This document shows positions 13,396 to 25,024 of a DNA stretch of 64,000 bases, piece by piece. The stretch lies in assembly GCF_009914755.1 (NCBI RefSeq), contig NC_060927.1, one strand, 5' to 3'. Origin of the DNA: the human T2T-CHM13v2.0 reference genome, Homo sapiens. The notes beneath the pieces are model-generated. The model searched no databases. It had not been told where the DNA came from and was given only the letters and a program-made list of their open reading frames with translations. The translations under genes and the position numbers were made by a program. Position 1 is the first letter of the stretch. Each line of letters starts with the position of its first letter.

Positions 13396-15219
13396 TCTAA
13401 GTTTGGGATTCACTGAAAGCAGGGGCTGAGAAAAGGGCTGTGTGCAGGAGCTTCCAGAGATTCTGGTATGCTTATACTTCACAATTCAAATTAACAGAAA
13501 ACAAAGGGGAAAAATCTGGTCTTACATGTAACAGTTAACATTTACTAAATGCTTTCTATGTGCAAAGCTTAGTTCTAAGCATTATTTTGTGCATCGATTC
13601 TCTTAACACTTCAATCAGGCCGAAGAAGTGGGGACACTTACAATTCCTACTGCAAAGGAAGCTGAGTTACAGACTAGTTAGTGTCCTAAAGCTGGTAAGC
13701 ATGGTTTATGAAAGCAGGGATTTTTGTCTATTTCATTTGCTGCTGCATTCCTAGTGCCCAGAAAATTGCCTTGAATAGAATACAAAGAAAGGATTCAAAC
13801 CCAGACTATCTCTGGTAAAGCCTGCATTCTTAACCATGGCATTACATAGCTCACAATATCACTCATTCATTTAAAATCTCCTATTCAGATCCAAGTTATA
13901 AGAATCAAGATAATACAAGTATAGGAAAATAAAAAATAATCACAAAATTTCATCCATTAATCTAGATTTCTTAGAGGAAAGGAGGGTGAGAGAAATCAAA
14001 GACCTGAAGAATGTTTTAAAATACTTCTCTTCCCCACCTTTTAGCCCTTGCCAATGAACTTCACAGATTACAGAAACCCACCTTCATCACTCTTCTCCCA
14101 ACACCTTAACCTAATACCCGCATGACCCTTTTCCAGGTGAAGGACATGTTGGTGTTGGCTGTTAGTTCAGCAGTCCTGTTTCCAGCCCCTGGGTCATATT
14201 AAGCTGAAATCAAAACCAAATACATATTCCTCTAAGATGCAGACAGCCAGGGTCTTCACACTGAATATTGAGCATTTCTTCCTCAGCAGTCCAGGAACTC
14301 CAGGAGTTCAAGGATGCTGGCCAAGAAATGAGTGTCCAAACTATCGATCATTGTAGAAGTGTCTTGTTGACGGTGGTGGTGGTGGCAGTGGGGAGGTGTT
14401 TGAAACAGACGTAGAAAAGTTCATGCAATAGTGTACTCCTATTTTAAGAGATGATTACCAGTATAAGTTTATAGAATACAGACAAGCCTCTTTTGAGATA
14501 TCACAATTTCCCTTCTCTAGGGAGATGGCCATGTTGTATTTTGATGGATGAGGGAAATATTCAAATTATTATTCATAATTTTTCATTAAAATGTACATTT
14601 AAGTGGATCACAAACCAACATTTGTCAATTGAAGTGGCTATTACAGTGACTTTAGATACAAGTTTTTGGTATCTGTGATTATGTCTCCAGAGAAACCACA
14701 GTCTAAAATACTAACGAGTTTCAATTTTCTGTTCATTTTATTTTCTATGAAATATACTTATGTGTATATATATCCATCATCATATGAAATTAATATGCTT
14801 GTTTATTGCTATTTCACTGAGCCTATTGAAAGTGAATTATGTATAGTTTTCTTAGAATGCGTTAAGCTTATATACAGTAATCTTTCATTCAGTCACAAAA
14901 CTATATTTATTTTGAAAGCTCTAATTTCACATGCTTTTATTTGGACTATATATAATAAAGTTCCAGGCTGTAGACAATAATTTAGAAGAAACATAGGCAT
15001 ATTTAGAGGACTAAGAAATAAATTTCAATATTGTACATAGGAGTATTTACTATTTATCAAATTGAATATTTTGTTTACTATATTTTCATTTTTTAATATA
15101 GATGAGTTCATAAGTATCACTAAATGCATTTTAAATTTTTGTATCCTAATAGTTCTTTTCATATTTTAACATTAACAAATCAGAAAAAGAAAGCATTTAT
15201 TTGAATACAATGAGATGAA

Positions 15220-15395
15220 TGATATATTAGAAAGAACCTGGATTTTTAGAGTCAAAGCTGGATGAGTTCAAATATTGACTCTGCCACTAACTAGCTGTGC
15301 AACTGTAGGTGAGTAACTTGACCTCTCTTAGATTTTGTTTTTCACCGTCACAAAAGGAGTAATAGCAGCTGCCTAGCAAGGTTGTTGAAAATGAT
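15220..15395 (+). mobile_element. MIR
   Basis: ctctgccactaactagctgtg...aacttgacctctct core. Confidence 0.7.
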
Positions 15396-15773
15396 TTTAT
15401 GCATCAATTTTTCAACACTTAAGCATTTCTAAATCTTACAACTCTATAACACAAGCATTGAAATAAATAAACCTCTCCTTCACCCAGTTATCCTACAGTT
15501 GTCAATGTCTCAAAAATGTAGTGCCAAAATTAAAATATAAACATAACAAAAATGTGACACCTGAAATAAAATACAAATATGACGAAATAGTAGGCAAAAC
15601 CTTCTCAAGTCCTTATTTATCTCTTATTACCATGTAGCACTGGTCACCTACTTCTGCGAGGCCCTAGGTATAAGTGTGTGTTAGATGGCTGGACCCTTAG
15701 AATATGAGTCACTGCATGGTTACAACAGGATGAGCATCTCTTAGAATCCGGTCACTAAACTGCTTCTTGAAAA

Positions 15774-16438
15774 ATGAACAACAGCCCTGAAGCTTCAGAA
15801 GAGGCTCACCTCCAGAGTCCTCTGCTGCTAAAAGGAGGACTGGTTAGACCTGGGCAAGACCAATGTAATCACCAAAACCAGTGCCCATCAGCAGATCCAG
15901 AAGCTGACAAAAGATGGCCTGAACACCAGCAAGCCTGTGACTGTTCATTCTAGGATTGATGCCAGAAAAATACCTTGGTCCCCTGAAAGGGCAGCCATAT
16001 AAGTGAAGGTAAGCAAAAGGGGACTGTCAATGCTTGACTGCCTAAGAAGTTAACTTGAATGTGAAGGATGAGATTTCTGCACCTGCTGCTCAGAAAATGC
16101 TGTGGATCTAGTTTAACCCCACATGTTTCATAGCTCATACTTAAACACGAAAGGAAATGTGTTCAAAAACAAGTGGATTCTCATGGAACATGTCTACACG
16201 TTGAAGGCCTACAAGGGCTTCTGGCTGACTAGGCTGAGGCTCACAGGTCTAAGTTCAAAGGAGCAAGTAAGTACCATGAGGAGCATCTTCAGACCAAGAA
16301 GGAGGAGATCATCAAGGCTAAATCAAGAAATAAATAATAAGTAAATAATCCCCTCTCTTGTCTGTACATAGTGGCTTCATCAATTATATAAGTCAATCAT
16401 TCAATAAAACAATTCTATCTACCTGAGAAGGAAAAAAA
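15774..16438 (+). pseudogene. Degenerate processed pseudogene of ribosomal protein RPL19 (eL19)
   Basis: LKLQKRL..., [31 protein letters not shown] match RPL19; intronless with frameshifts and stops; RPL19-like 3'UTR (ttgtctgtacata...aataaaac) and A-tail remnant. Confidence 0.9.
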
Positions 16439-16586
16439 TGAATTGTATTTGCTTTTCTGTCAACTCTCTGGTCATATTGACCAGTCAACCAAGTAAAAAT
16501 CTAGGTCATTTTCACATGAACTACTGTTTAATAAGATATCCTCTTTCTATTGATAAGATATTGATTTACCAATCTGAAATATAGGA

Positions 16587-16811
16587 TTTTTTTTGGGGGG
16601 GGGACAGAGTCTTGCTCTGTCACCCAGGCTGGAGTGCAGTGGTGCAATCTTGGCTCACTGCAAGCTCCGCCTCCTGGGTTCACGCCATTCTCCTTGCCTC
16701 AGCCTACCAAGTAGCTGGGACTACAGGTGCCCGCCACCACGCCCGGCTAATATATATATATATATATATATAATATATATATATATATAATATATATATA
16801 TTATATATATA

Positions 16812-16849
<38 letters not shown>

Positions 16850-16971
16850 TTTTTAGTAGAGACAGGGTTTCGCCGCGTTAGCCAGGATGGTCTCAATCTC
16901 CTAACCTTGTGATCTGCCCACCTTGGCCTCCTACAGTGCTGGGATTACAGGTGTGAGCCACCGCATCTGGC
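16587..16971 (-). mobile_element. AluY with a (TA)n expansion in the middle linker
   Basis: AluY diagnostics (caagctccgcctc, ttcacgccattc); TSD CTGAAATATAGGATTTT. Confidence 0.9.
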
Positions 16972-17803
16972 TGAAATATAGGATTTTATGTTTATTTTTA
17001 CTTATGTCTAATGATATTAACTTTAGCCTATTTGGTTTAACCTGTCAAGTTCTGTAGACCTTGTTTCTGTCACTCAGCATGCTAATTATTCCTTTCAGAT
17101 TTGTGAAATTTTTACATCTAATTAGATGTTAAAACTCAATGCAGCTAAATTTTTCGCTTAGAAAAAAGGACATGACTGATGCAATGCCTTATATCATATC
17201 ACCAAAACTTTTGCTAAATTATTCCCAATCCAATAAATAGCCTTCTTTGATTTTCAGATGCCAGTTGGCCTATGTTATCATCCAGTGCAAATGTCTGCAT
17301 CTTGCCATGAAGATATCATAAAAGTCTTTAGTTGTATTTTGGCATTTCCCTCCAGTATTCTTTAAACATTACCAATAGCGCTTCCCAAGTCACTTCTGGA
17401 AGTCATTATTTCAACCAAAGAATAAAGCTCACTTAGACCTGGACATGTATCCTGATGTAAATCATCTAGACACTTTGGTTTGGTTTTGGTACTACCCTAC
17501 CTGGACTTCTCTTCTACTGTATTTATGTTTCTCTGTTAATATCTGAGGGACCTTTTTTTACATATGATTCTCTCTGTTATACAACTCTAGTTGCTCTGCT
17601 TTCTCTCCCTCCTTGGTAAATGTTGCACTTTTTGTCCTATTAGTGTCTGTCTCCCTCCCTACCTTGTTCTTCTTGGTCAAAAATTTTCCCTCTTCTAGAC
17701 CTACCATATACTTCCCTCTTCAAAACTCTTTTTGTTGGCCTTAGCTTTAAAAATACACATATATTACCTGAACACACATGAAAGTTTATATTTTCTGATA
17801 TTC

Positions 17804-18103
<300 letters not shown>

Positions 18104-18273
18104 TATGTGGAGCTTCTATTAAGGAAAGGCATGGTGCTAATTCTCTAGAAAAGGCATTTGTTAGGTTCCTTTTTCAAAATGAATAATATATATATATATG
18201 ATTATAAAAGTTTGAAAAATATGGAAAAGAGAAAAGGAAAAAAGTCACCTGTAAATATACCATAATAGCACAC

Positions 18274-18321
18274 TGTTACTGATGTTGATGATGTGGTTGT
18301 TACTGATGTTGATGATGTGGT
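18274..18321. repeat. Perfect 24-bp tandem duplication TGTTACTGATGTTGATGATGTGGT
   Basis: Two adjacent identical copies. Confidence 0.85.
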
Positions 18322-18333
18322 TTTTTTCCATTC

Positions 18334-18633
<300 letters not shown>

Positions 18634-18719
18634 CCATTCTTTTCTTCTACAAATTGCTAAGGTTGGTTTTAAGTGTTTAGATAGCAATATTTCTTAATAA
18701 TGTCTAACCACAAGAACAG

Positions 18720-19101
18720 TGTGTTTGTTCCTTCGTGCTGCCATATAGGAATACCTGTGGCTGTGTAATTTATAAAGAAAAGAGGTTTGTTTGGCTGATA
18801 GTTCTGCAGGCTGTACAAGAAGCATGATGAGGGTCTCAGGAAGCTTTTACTCATCTTGGAAGGCAAGGGGAGCCAGCATGTCACATGGCAAGAGGGCGAG
18901 CAAGATTGAGAGGACAGGGAGGTCCCAGAGCCTTTTTAACAATCAGATCTCCCATGGAGTCATTACCACGGGGAGGGCACCAAGCCATTCATGAGGGATC
19001 CACCCCCATGACCCAGACAGCTCTCAGTAGGCCCCACCTCCAATACTGGAGATCACATTTCAATATGAGATTAGGAGGGAACAAATATCCAAACCATATC
19101 C
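18720..19101 (-). mobile_element. MST (MaLR) solo LTR
   Basis: gtaatttataaagaaaagaggttt...aaaccatatc; TSD AACAG. Confidence 0.85.
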
Positions 19102-19680
19102 AACAGGGATAATTTATTCATATGTATCTAGCACTGTGTTTGGCCCAGGTGGCATGATGGAATCCTGGAATGTCTACATGGAAGAATACAATAGATCACC
19201 CAGAAATATCCAAACTCTCATAACATCTCCCAGTAGGTAAAATCTGTATCTTTCAGATTTAGTATCTTGTAGATTTAATAGTAACAGTAATAATTCAGAT
19301 TTCATTGACACTTGTTCATCTGCTCACATAGGATCCTAATCTCCTTAAAATGTCCCCAAATTTTGGAGGAAGTTCAGGTAATGTTTTACATATACTATGA
19401 AAAAAAAAACAATTAATTATCTAATGAGTTACCACTTTATTTCCTCTTCACCTGCTGTAACCTCATAGGCGGGATACTGCAGAGTGCCCTGGAGCTGCTG
19501 CCTCCCCAGAGATGCTGCCATGAAGGTCCTGTGAGCTCTCACATGCCAAGGCAGTACAGGGGTCTGTGGAGAAGAAGCATAGACTGTTCTCTTTTCCTCT
19601 ACTATTACAGGGTCCACTGGTAGTGCCATTTCTGTCTTATGGAATTTTTACTGAAACAACTTTTTAGGAATGTACTTAAA

Positions 19681-19828
19681 CCATTACTACTCAAAGTGTA
19701 GTCCATGGACCAATAGCATTCGGCAGCATTGTTAGAAATGCAGAATCTCAGGCCTCCACAATCAGAATCTGCATTTTAACAACAGCCCCAGGTGATTCAT
19801 ATGCAAGTTACTCTTTGAGAGGCACTGA
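19681..19828. mobile_element. MER5A-like hAT-Charlie MITE
   Basis: ctcaaagtgtagtcc...gttagaaatgcagaatctcaggc...ttgagaggcactg. Confidence 0.75.
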
Positions 19829-20759
19829 CTCAAAGCACCTCTCTCTTCTTGGGACTAAGGCATTAAATTCAACTGGGGACAAGAGCAGTCAGGAAACAAA
19901 AGTTCTCAGGAAGCTGCCTCACTCCTCACTGCCTCAAGAGATAGACTTTGGTGACCTGCCACTTCTAATGAGGTTCAAGCAGACTCGGCTTAGGCTCAAA
20001 CTAGGAATCCACCAGATGCATGAGAAATCTTGCTCTTTACTTACACATGAAATATATTTTTATTTAATCAACATTGTTTCAGCATGTATTATTTACAAAA
20101 TACTCCATTATGGGTTGTACATATACCAAAACAAGTGAAACAGTCTTTGCCCTCAAAGGATGCAAATTAAGGTGTATGTTGGGGCAGGTGGGGACCTTTG
20201 GGATATAGTAAAAGGAGGGGGCCAAAATGTTCCCAGCTGAAACAGTCTTCTGTAGTTTGGAGAAACCACTAACACCTCTCATATTTACAGCCTATGTAGG
20301 CTTGTTTTCCAGGTGGAATGCCCATCTTCCATTTCCATTTCTCTACGTTCTTGTTTACTTTCCAGGGCCAATTTAAAATGCCAATTTACTAATAAAACCT
20401 GCCCTATTCCCCTCAGCTAATAATGGTGTTGACATCTCAGAACTCCCATCATATCCCACCTTAAGATCAGTTATGTGTGTTGGGGTCTTATGGAGAAAGG
20501 AGGGAGATGTAATGGTACCTCATAGACAAAATGCATTTTAGCCAGTCTTCTTAGATTCACCATGGGATCCAGCATGTGGTGCCATAATAGTTTTTGAAGA
20601 AAGAAAAAAAAAATAAAGGTAATGCATCCTTTCTGTTAATGCCTCACTACTCAGGAAATATATCAGAGAGAACCACAATCAGAGAGAAGAAGAGAGAAAA
20701 CACTGAACACTGACTGGGATAGTAAGAGCACTAACCCCCTTTCTCTTCACTGTTTTCTC

Positions 20760-20940
20760 TGGTTTGATTGGTTCTTTCACCTAGAAACAATGTCCTCGTT
20801 GGTAGATTAGTAGCTGTTAATCTCAGCTGAATGGAATTTCAGCTTATAAGAAGTGGGCTGGCTATATTCCTATTAGTATTTAAGAAGTCCCTTACCTTAG
20901 TGGGTGGTACTTTTTATGGCTGGATTTCCCTAAAGCTGAG
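20760..20940 (+). promoter_or_regulatory. Putative proximal promoter/5'UTR of the ferritin-like gene
   Basis: Non-repetitive stretch with reverse CCAAT (ATTGG 20767), E-box CAGCTG (20824), TATA-like TATAAG (20845) and a uORF at 20916-20933; motif-level evidence only. Confidence 0.35.
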
Positions 20941-21042
20941 ATGGAATATGAAATCCACGGTCCCTTCTCTGAAGAATGTGGAGTTGCTATTAACCGAGTA
21001 GCATCTTATGAGCTGCATATCAGTGATGCTTACTTATCCATG
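20941..21042 (+). CDS. Ferritin-like gene coding exon 1 (helix A)
   Basis: AINRVASYELHISDAYLSM vs FTH1 AINRQINLELYASYVYLSM; donor ATG|GTTAGT at the same codon as FTH1 intron 1. Confidence 0.88.
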
Positions 21043-24000
21043 GTTAGTATGGGTTCTTGAGCAACTGAGAGGGAGGTTTCAGCTCTGCTCTGGGTGATAA
21101 TATAACTTCTATCTTCTTAATAATAGTTCTTATGGCCATATTGGTAGTTGGATACCAGATGAAACAGCAACTCAGTGGTTGGGATATTGCTGCTCTGTGG
21201 CCCTATATTAAAAGCTATGGGCTTTGATAGGGAAAGTTACAGTTCTTTCCAGTGTGTTGCCAAAACTACATGGGCATCAAACACTGGTGATAGACTGAAT
21301 AAACAATTTTATACCTATATGCTATTTCAAAATTAACATAGATGTGTTAGGATTGATGAAATAGATTTTTAAAATGTAAATTTATGCTAGATTTGTGTCA
21401 TATCTACACAATTAAAGGATATAAGTGCTAGCATCTAAGTTCAAAACTATGACCCTTGAAGAAGCCATAAGAGCAAGACATTAGGCACCAGTATATTAGG
21501 ATCTGGATGGCTGATCTTTGAGGTAGACTAGGTTCTGGGGGACAGCCAGAGCCTTCTGAAGTCAAAGAACAAACAGGATCCAAGACTGACCAAAGAAGGC
21601 CTCTTCCTGGACAACCACTGAGACAACAAAGTGAGTTTGTGTGCAATTCAGGTCTTAAAACTATTTTACCTCATCCTCAGCCTCCCCCTTTTCTTACATT
21701 TGACCAGGCCTGTTATTACAGTGAAGATATGAGAATGCCTCCTTTTGCCAAGTTCTTCTCGGAGCAGGCTGAGTTGAAAAGGGAGCATGCAAAGCAGTTC
21801 CTAAGATATCTAAGAAAACGTGAGGGTATTATCTGCCTTCCAGTTATTAAGGTGAATGTCAAACTTTGTTTTGACTTCTGTGGGGCCTTTTCCAGGTCTA
21901 GAGAATTAAACTGATTAGTTGCTATGTAACATTTTAGGTTACTCATGTTCCTACATGGGCTTCTTAGCAACTAACTGACTCTGAAAGCAAGTATATGTCA
22001 ACATCATTTGGGGTAAATTTTAGCCACTAAATGCTTGTTTGGCTTGTCTTAATGAGCGTCACAAAGTTTGGTCGCTGGGTTGTCAGCATCACCTGGGGAC
22101 TCACTAGAAATGCAAATTTGTGGCTCTCACCCCAGACATAGGCCCAAAGAGCTACAACTTAACAAGCTCTCCAGATGATCCTAATGGTATGTGTAGTTTG
22201 AGAAGCGCTACTCTAATGCCTTCTTCTCAGAGGTGTTAGCGTCCTATTTCAGATTGTTAATCTAATTCAGGTACATGTTCAGGTATTTAATATGGCTGTC
22301 TCTTTAAAGTAGTAAAACAAACTTTTTTTGTTTGGGCACACACTCCAAAGAAACAACCTGAGCCTTAGTTGGGACTATTACATCCAGGAACATCCCTAAT
22401 TTTCCTAAGGTGGTTGTTTTGGTTGTTTTTTAACTCCTGCTTTATAAAAAGAAGTAAATGTCTGCTAATGAGAGATGGACCACCATCATAGAATTCCAAA
22501 GCTAATGCAATACTTGTATGTGTACCTGTGCTAGTAGTACCCTTGCTCTGTAGCACATTAAAATCACCTGGGAATCTTTTAAAACTCATGATGCCCATGT
22601 TGCATCCCATACCAATTAAGTCACAGTGTCTACGATTGAGAGCCAAGTATTAACATTTAAGATTCTCAGCTGATTCCATTGCACCTCAAAGTTTGGAGAC
22701 CATTACACTATGCAAACCTAGTCATGGTCCTATGCAGGAAGCAGAATGCAACAAAACTGTGCCTGAAGTAAAAAAGCGACTCTCCTGTTCCTCTTCAACA
22801 GAGGCCCAACATAGATAACTGGGGAAATGGCTTACAAGCCCTGAAGTTTGCTGTGCAGTTGGAGAACACATTAACCAATGTCCTACAAGACCTGAAAATC
22901 ACAGCTACTAAGGATGATGAAACTGGTGTAAGTAGTTAGCTGGTTCTGACAAACAGTGTCATCTTTCACTTCTGGATTATGATTTGCTTCTGAGAAAGGG
23001 GACCAAGGCAATAGATCACCCAACATGTGTTTTTTTCCCTGGAAGGAAGTCTGGGAACTTATTTCTAGGAGTAGTTCGGGAGTGGGCAGATAGCTGTCCT
23101 GGTGAAGAAAAGTGAAATTTACTGTATGGTGAAAACATCTTCCTAGGAGTAATGCACTCTGTAAAATTAAATAAAACAATTGTTCTGTTGCTGTTGGCTT
23201 GTAAATATCCTAAACCAGAAATGCTTAAGCTTTACTGAGCACAAGAATCACTTGGAGTGCTTACTAAAACACACTTCTAGGGCTCACTCCCAAAAGTTGT
23301 TTATTGGGTTGGTTTTGTATAGGTCTCAAGAATGTATTTCTAACAAATCTAGGTGGTGATACAGCTGGCTGATGGCCACAGTTTGAGAACTACTGTTCTA
23401 GACTGTTACTGCAAAAGTAGGTGTTAATGGTGACCTATTACAATACAGACCTCTCTGAGGTCTTCCTGGTTATTGGTAAGCACTCTACCTCAAAGTGATA
23501 ACTTCTTTCTAACTTCCTAGCTTCTCAGGAAGTCAAAGTGAAGAAAATGGGCCTAGTTACAATAGTTTTCAACTCCAGACACATGTTGGACTCAGTGAGG
23601 AGCTCTGAAATGGTACAAATGCTCGAACCTTATGCCAGATCACTTAAATTTTAATCTTTAGGAATGAGGTCTGGGCAGCTACTCAAAATCTCTATGTGAT
23701 TCAAATAATCAGGATTGAAAACCATTGCAGTAGTAGCCTGTTAAAGTAACCTGTACTTTTAATAAGACAACCTAATACTCATACCCATTGAAAGTAGGTG
23801 CTTGTATTCACCTAAAGGTCTTGAATATCTTAGATCAGTGCTGCTGGATCTTCAATATGCATATGAATCACCTAGTCTTTCTTAAAATTCAGAGGCTGGT
23901 TTAGTAAATCTGGAGTGGAGCCTGAGATTTTGAATTTCTGACATGCTCCCAGGACTGCTGGTCCCTGGGCTACAATATAGGTAGATTCTTGTTGCAGACA

Positions 24001-24193
24001 TGGTCCTCAATGTGGGTGCTTCCCTGTTTTATTTCTATAGCTCATAGACTTCGTAAAGGAGTTCATAGATAAACAGACAGCAAGCATAGCTTTTCTGGAA
24101 TACCATCAGAAGCTATTAGAAGAGTCCCTCCAGCAGAAAGGCCTGTCTGAAAAGTCTGCTGAGTCTGCTGAGACATCAGTTGAAGAGACCTAA
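20941..24193 (+). CDS. Four-exon ferritin-like (ferritin-domain) gene, join(20941..21042,21708..21851,22802..22927,24041..24193), 174 aa; candidate orthologue of mouse Ftdc1/Ftdc2
   Basis: Spliced ORF without stops or frameshifts: MEYEIHGPFSEECGVAINRVASYELHISDAYLSM|ACYYSEDMRMPPFAKFFSEQAELKREHAKQFLRYLRKREGIICLPVIK|RPNIDNWGNGLQALKFAVQLENTLTNVLQDLKITATKDDETG|LIDFVKEFIDKQTASIAFLEYHQKLLEESLQQKGLSEKSAESAETSVEET*. About 30% identity to FTH1 by hand alignment; phase-0 GT-AG introns at FTH1 positions; Kozak gagATGg; AATAAA at 24334. Confidence 0.88.
21708..21851 (+). CDS. Ferritin-like gene exon 2 (helix B, BC loop)
   Basis: Acceptor with pyrimidine tract ...tttgaccag|; FAKFFSEQAELKREHA vs FTH1 FAKYFLHQSHEEREHA; donor AAG|GTGAAT. 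Confidence 0.9.
22050..23980. mobile_element. Cluster of about five MER5A/MER5B-like MITEs in introns 2-3 of the ferritin-like gene (~22050-22212, 22535-22705, 23215-23400, 23560-23730, 23835-23980)
   Basis: Recurrent atcacctgg...aaatgca and aagtttgagaa(c)cactg motifs. Confidence 0.65.
22802..22927 (+). CDS. Ferritin-like gene exon 3 (helix C)
   Basis: Acceptor ctcttcaacag|; 126 nt/42 aa, the same length as FTH1 exon 3; RPNIDNWGNGLQAL vs KPDCDDWESGLNAM; donor GGT|GTAAGT. Confidence 0.9.
24041..24193 (+). CDS. Ferritin-like gene exon 4 coding part (helix D plus divergent acidic tail)
   Basis: Acceptor ttttatttctatag|; LIDFVKEFIDKQTASI vs FTH1 LCDFIETHYLNEQVKAI; TAA at 24191-24193. Confidence 0.87.
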   Translation, partial: LIDFVKEFIDKQTASIAFLEYHQKLLEESLQQKGLSEKSAESAETSVEET

Positions 24194-24294
24194 CTTCTGA
24201 AGGCAGCAGCACAGCAAGTCTTGCCATTATAGTGATCTCAGAGTCAGCTACTTAAGAGTCTTGGTCAGTTCCACTTGCCTGAAGACTGCTTTCC

Positions 24295-24339
24295 TTTTTA
24301 TCTAGTTTCCTAATCCTCTTTGCTGTGCATGCAAATAAA
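24295..24339 (+). terminator. 3'UTR CPE (TTTTTAT 24295-24301) and polyadenylation signal (AATAAA 24334-24339) of the ferritin-like gene
   Basis: Both motifs read directly, 100-145 nt after the stop codon. Confidence 0.65.
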
Positions 24340-25024
24340 TCTGCTTTGCATTATAACTATGTGTAAAAATATTGGTAGAACTAATGCTTCCAGTGCTCCA
24401 ATAGCAATGTGGAATTGGTATAAAAAGCTTCCTGAGACAGTGGGTGTGTTAGGCTAAAAAAAAAATCTTCCCTCTACCATGCCCCCACCTTACCTTAGCA
24501 CCCAGAGTCAGGATTTGGTAAATGCAAGCAGTACAAGTGGATATACTAGAAATTAAGTGGTGAAACCTTAAGTCTCAATGTTCTCCTCTTATTTGTATAT
24601 GTACTTTAAGTATACAATATAATAGGGGTTCCTTCATATTAAACGCAGACCTAAGATGGAAAACAATTCTTGGTCTAGAAAGGGTGACTTTCACGTGAAG
24701 GATGGTGCAGTGCCATTTCATAGCCAAGGTAGGTGTAGGCAACAGGAGGGTACACAGAGGCAATTAATGCATTGCAGCCAAGTGTGTGGATGCCCCTATC
24801 CATTCCACTGTAAGCCAATTAGCAGCTACTAGGGTAATTACTTTCAGGAGCAAAGAATGAGCATGCAAGCTTGAGTCAGGCTTCTCAGGGCCTCATGTGA
24901 CTAGTACCCTCTAGGAAGAAATAGGGGCTCTATAGGATTGTGCGCTGGCTCCAAAACTTACTAACTCCTTGGCCTTGAGTTTATACCTCTTCATTGCCTC
25001 AGTTTGGTCATCTGTAAAGTGAGG

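Noticed and set aside
14100-14400. GC-richer unique stretch, possible pseudogene fragment
   Set aside because: No recognisable protein or RNA similarity in the frames I read
18720-19101. MST LTR as the oocyte promoter of the ferritin-like gene
   Set aside because: It is antisense to the gene and I see no supporting splice path; an enhancer role cannot be judged from sequence
19430-19630. Possible extra exon or second ferritin paralogue upstream
   Set aside because: An acceptor-like site exists, but the frames I read show no ferritin or other recognisable similarity
21012-21035. CAGTGA in exon 1 as an iron-responsive element
   Set aside because: Flanks do not form the 5-bp upper stem with a C bulge, and it lies inside the CDS
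21639-21914. 91-aa ORF as a stand-alone gene
   Set aside because: Only 21708-21851 is ferritin-like and bounded by splice sites; the flanks are intron read-through
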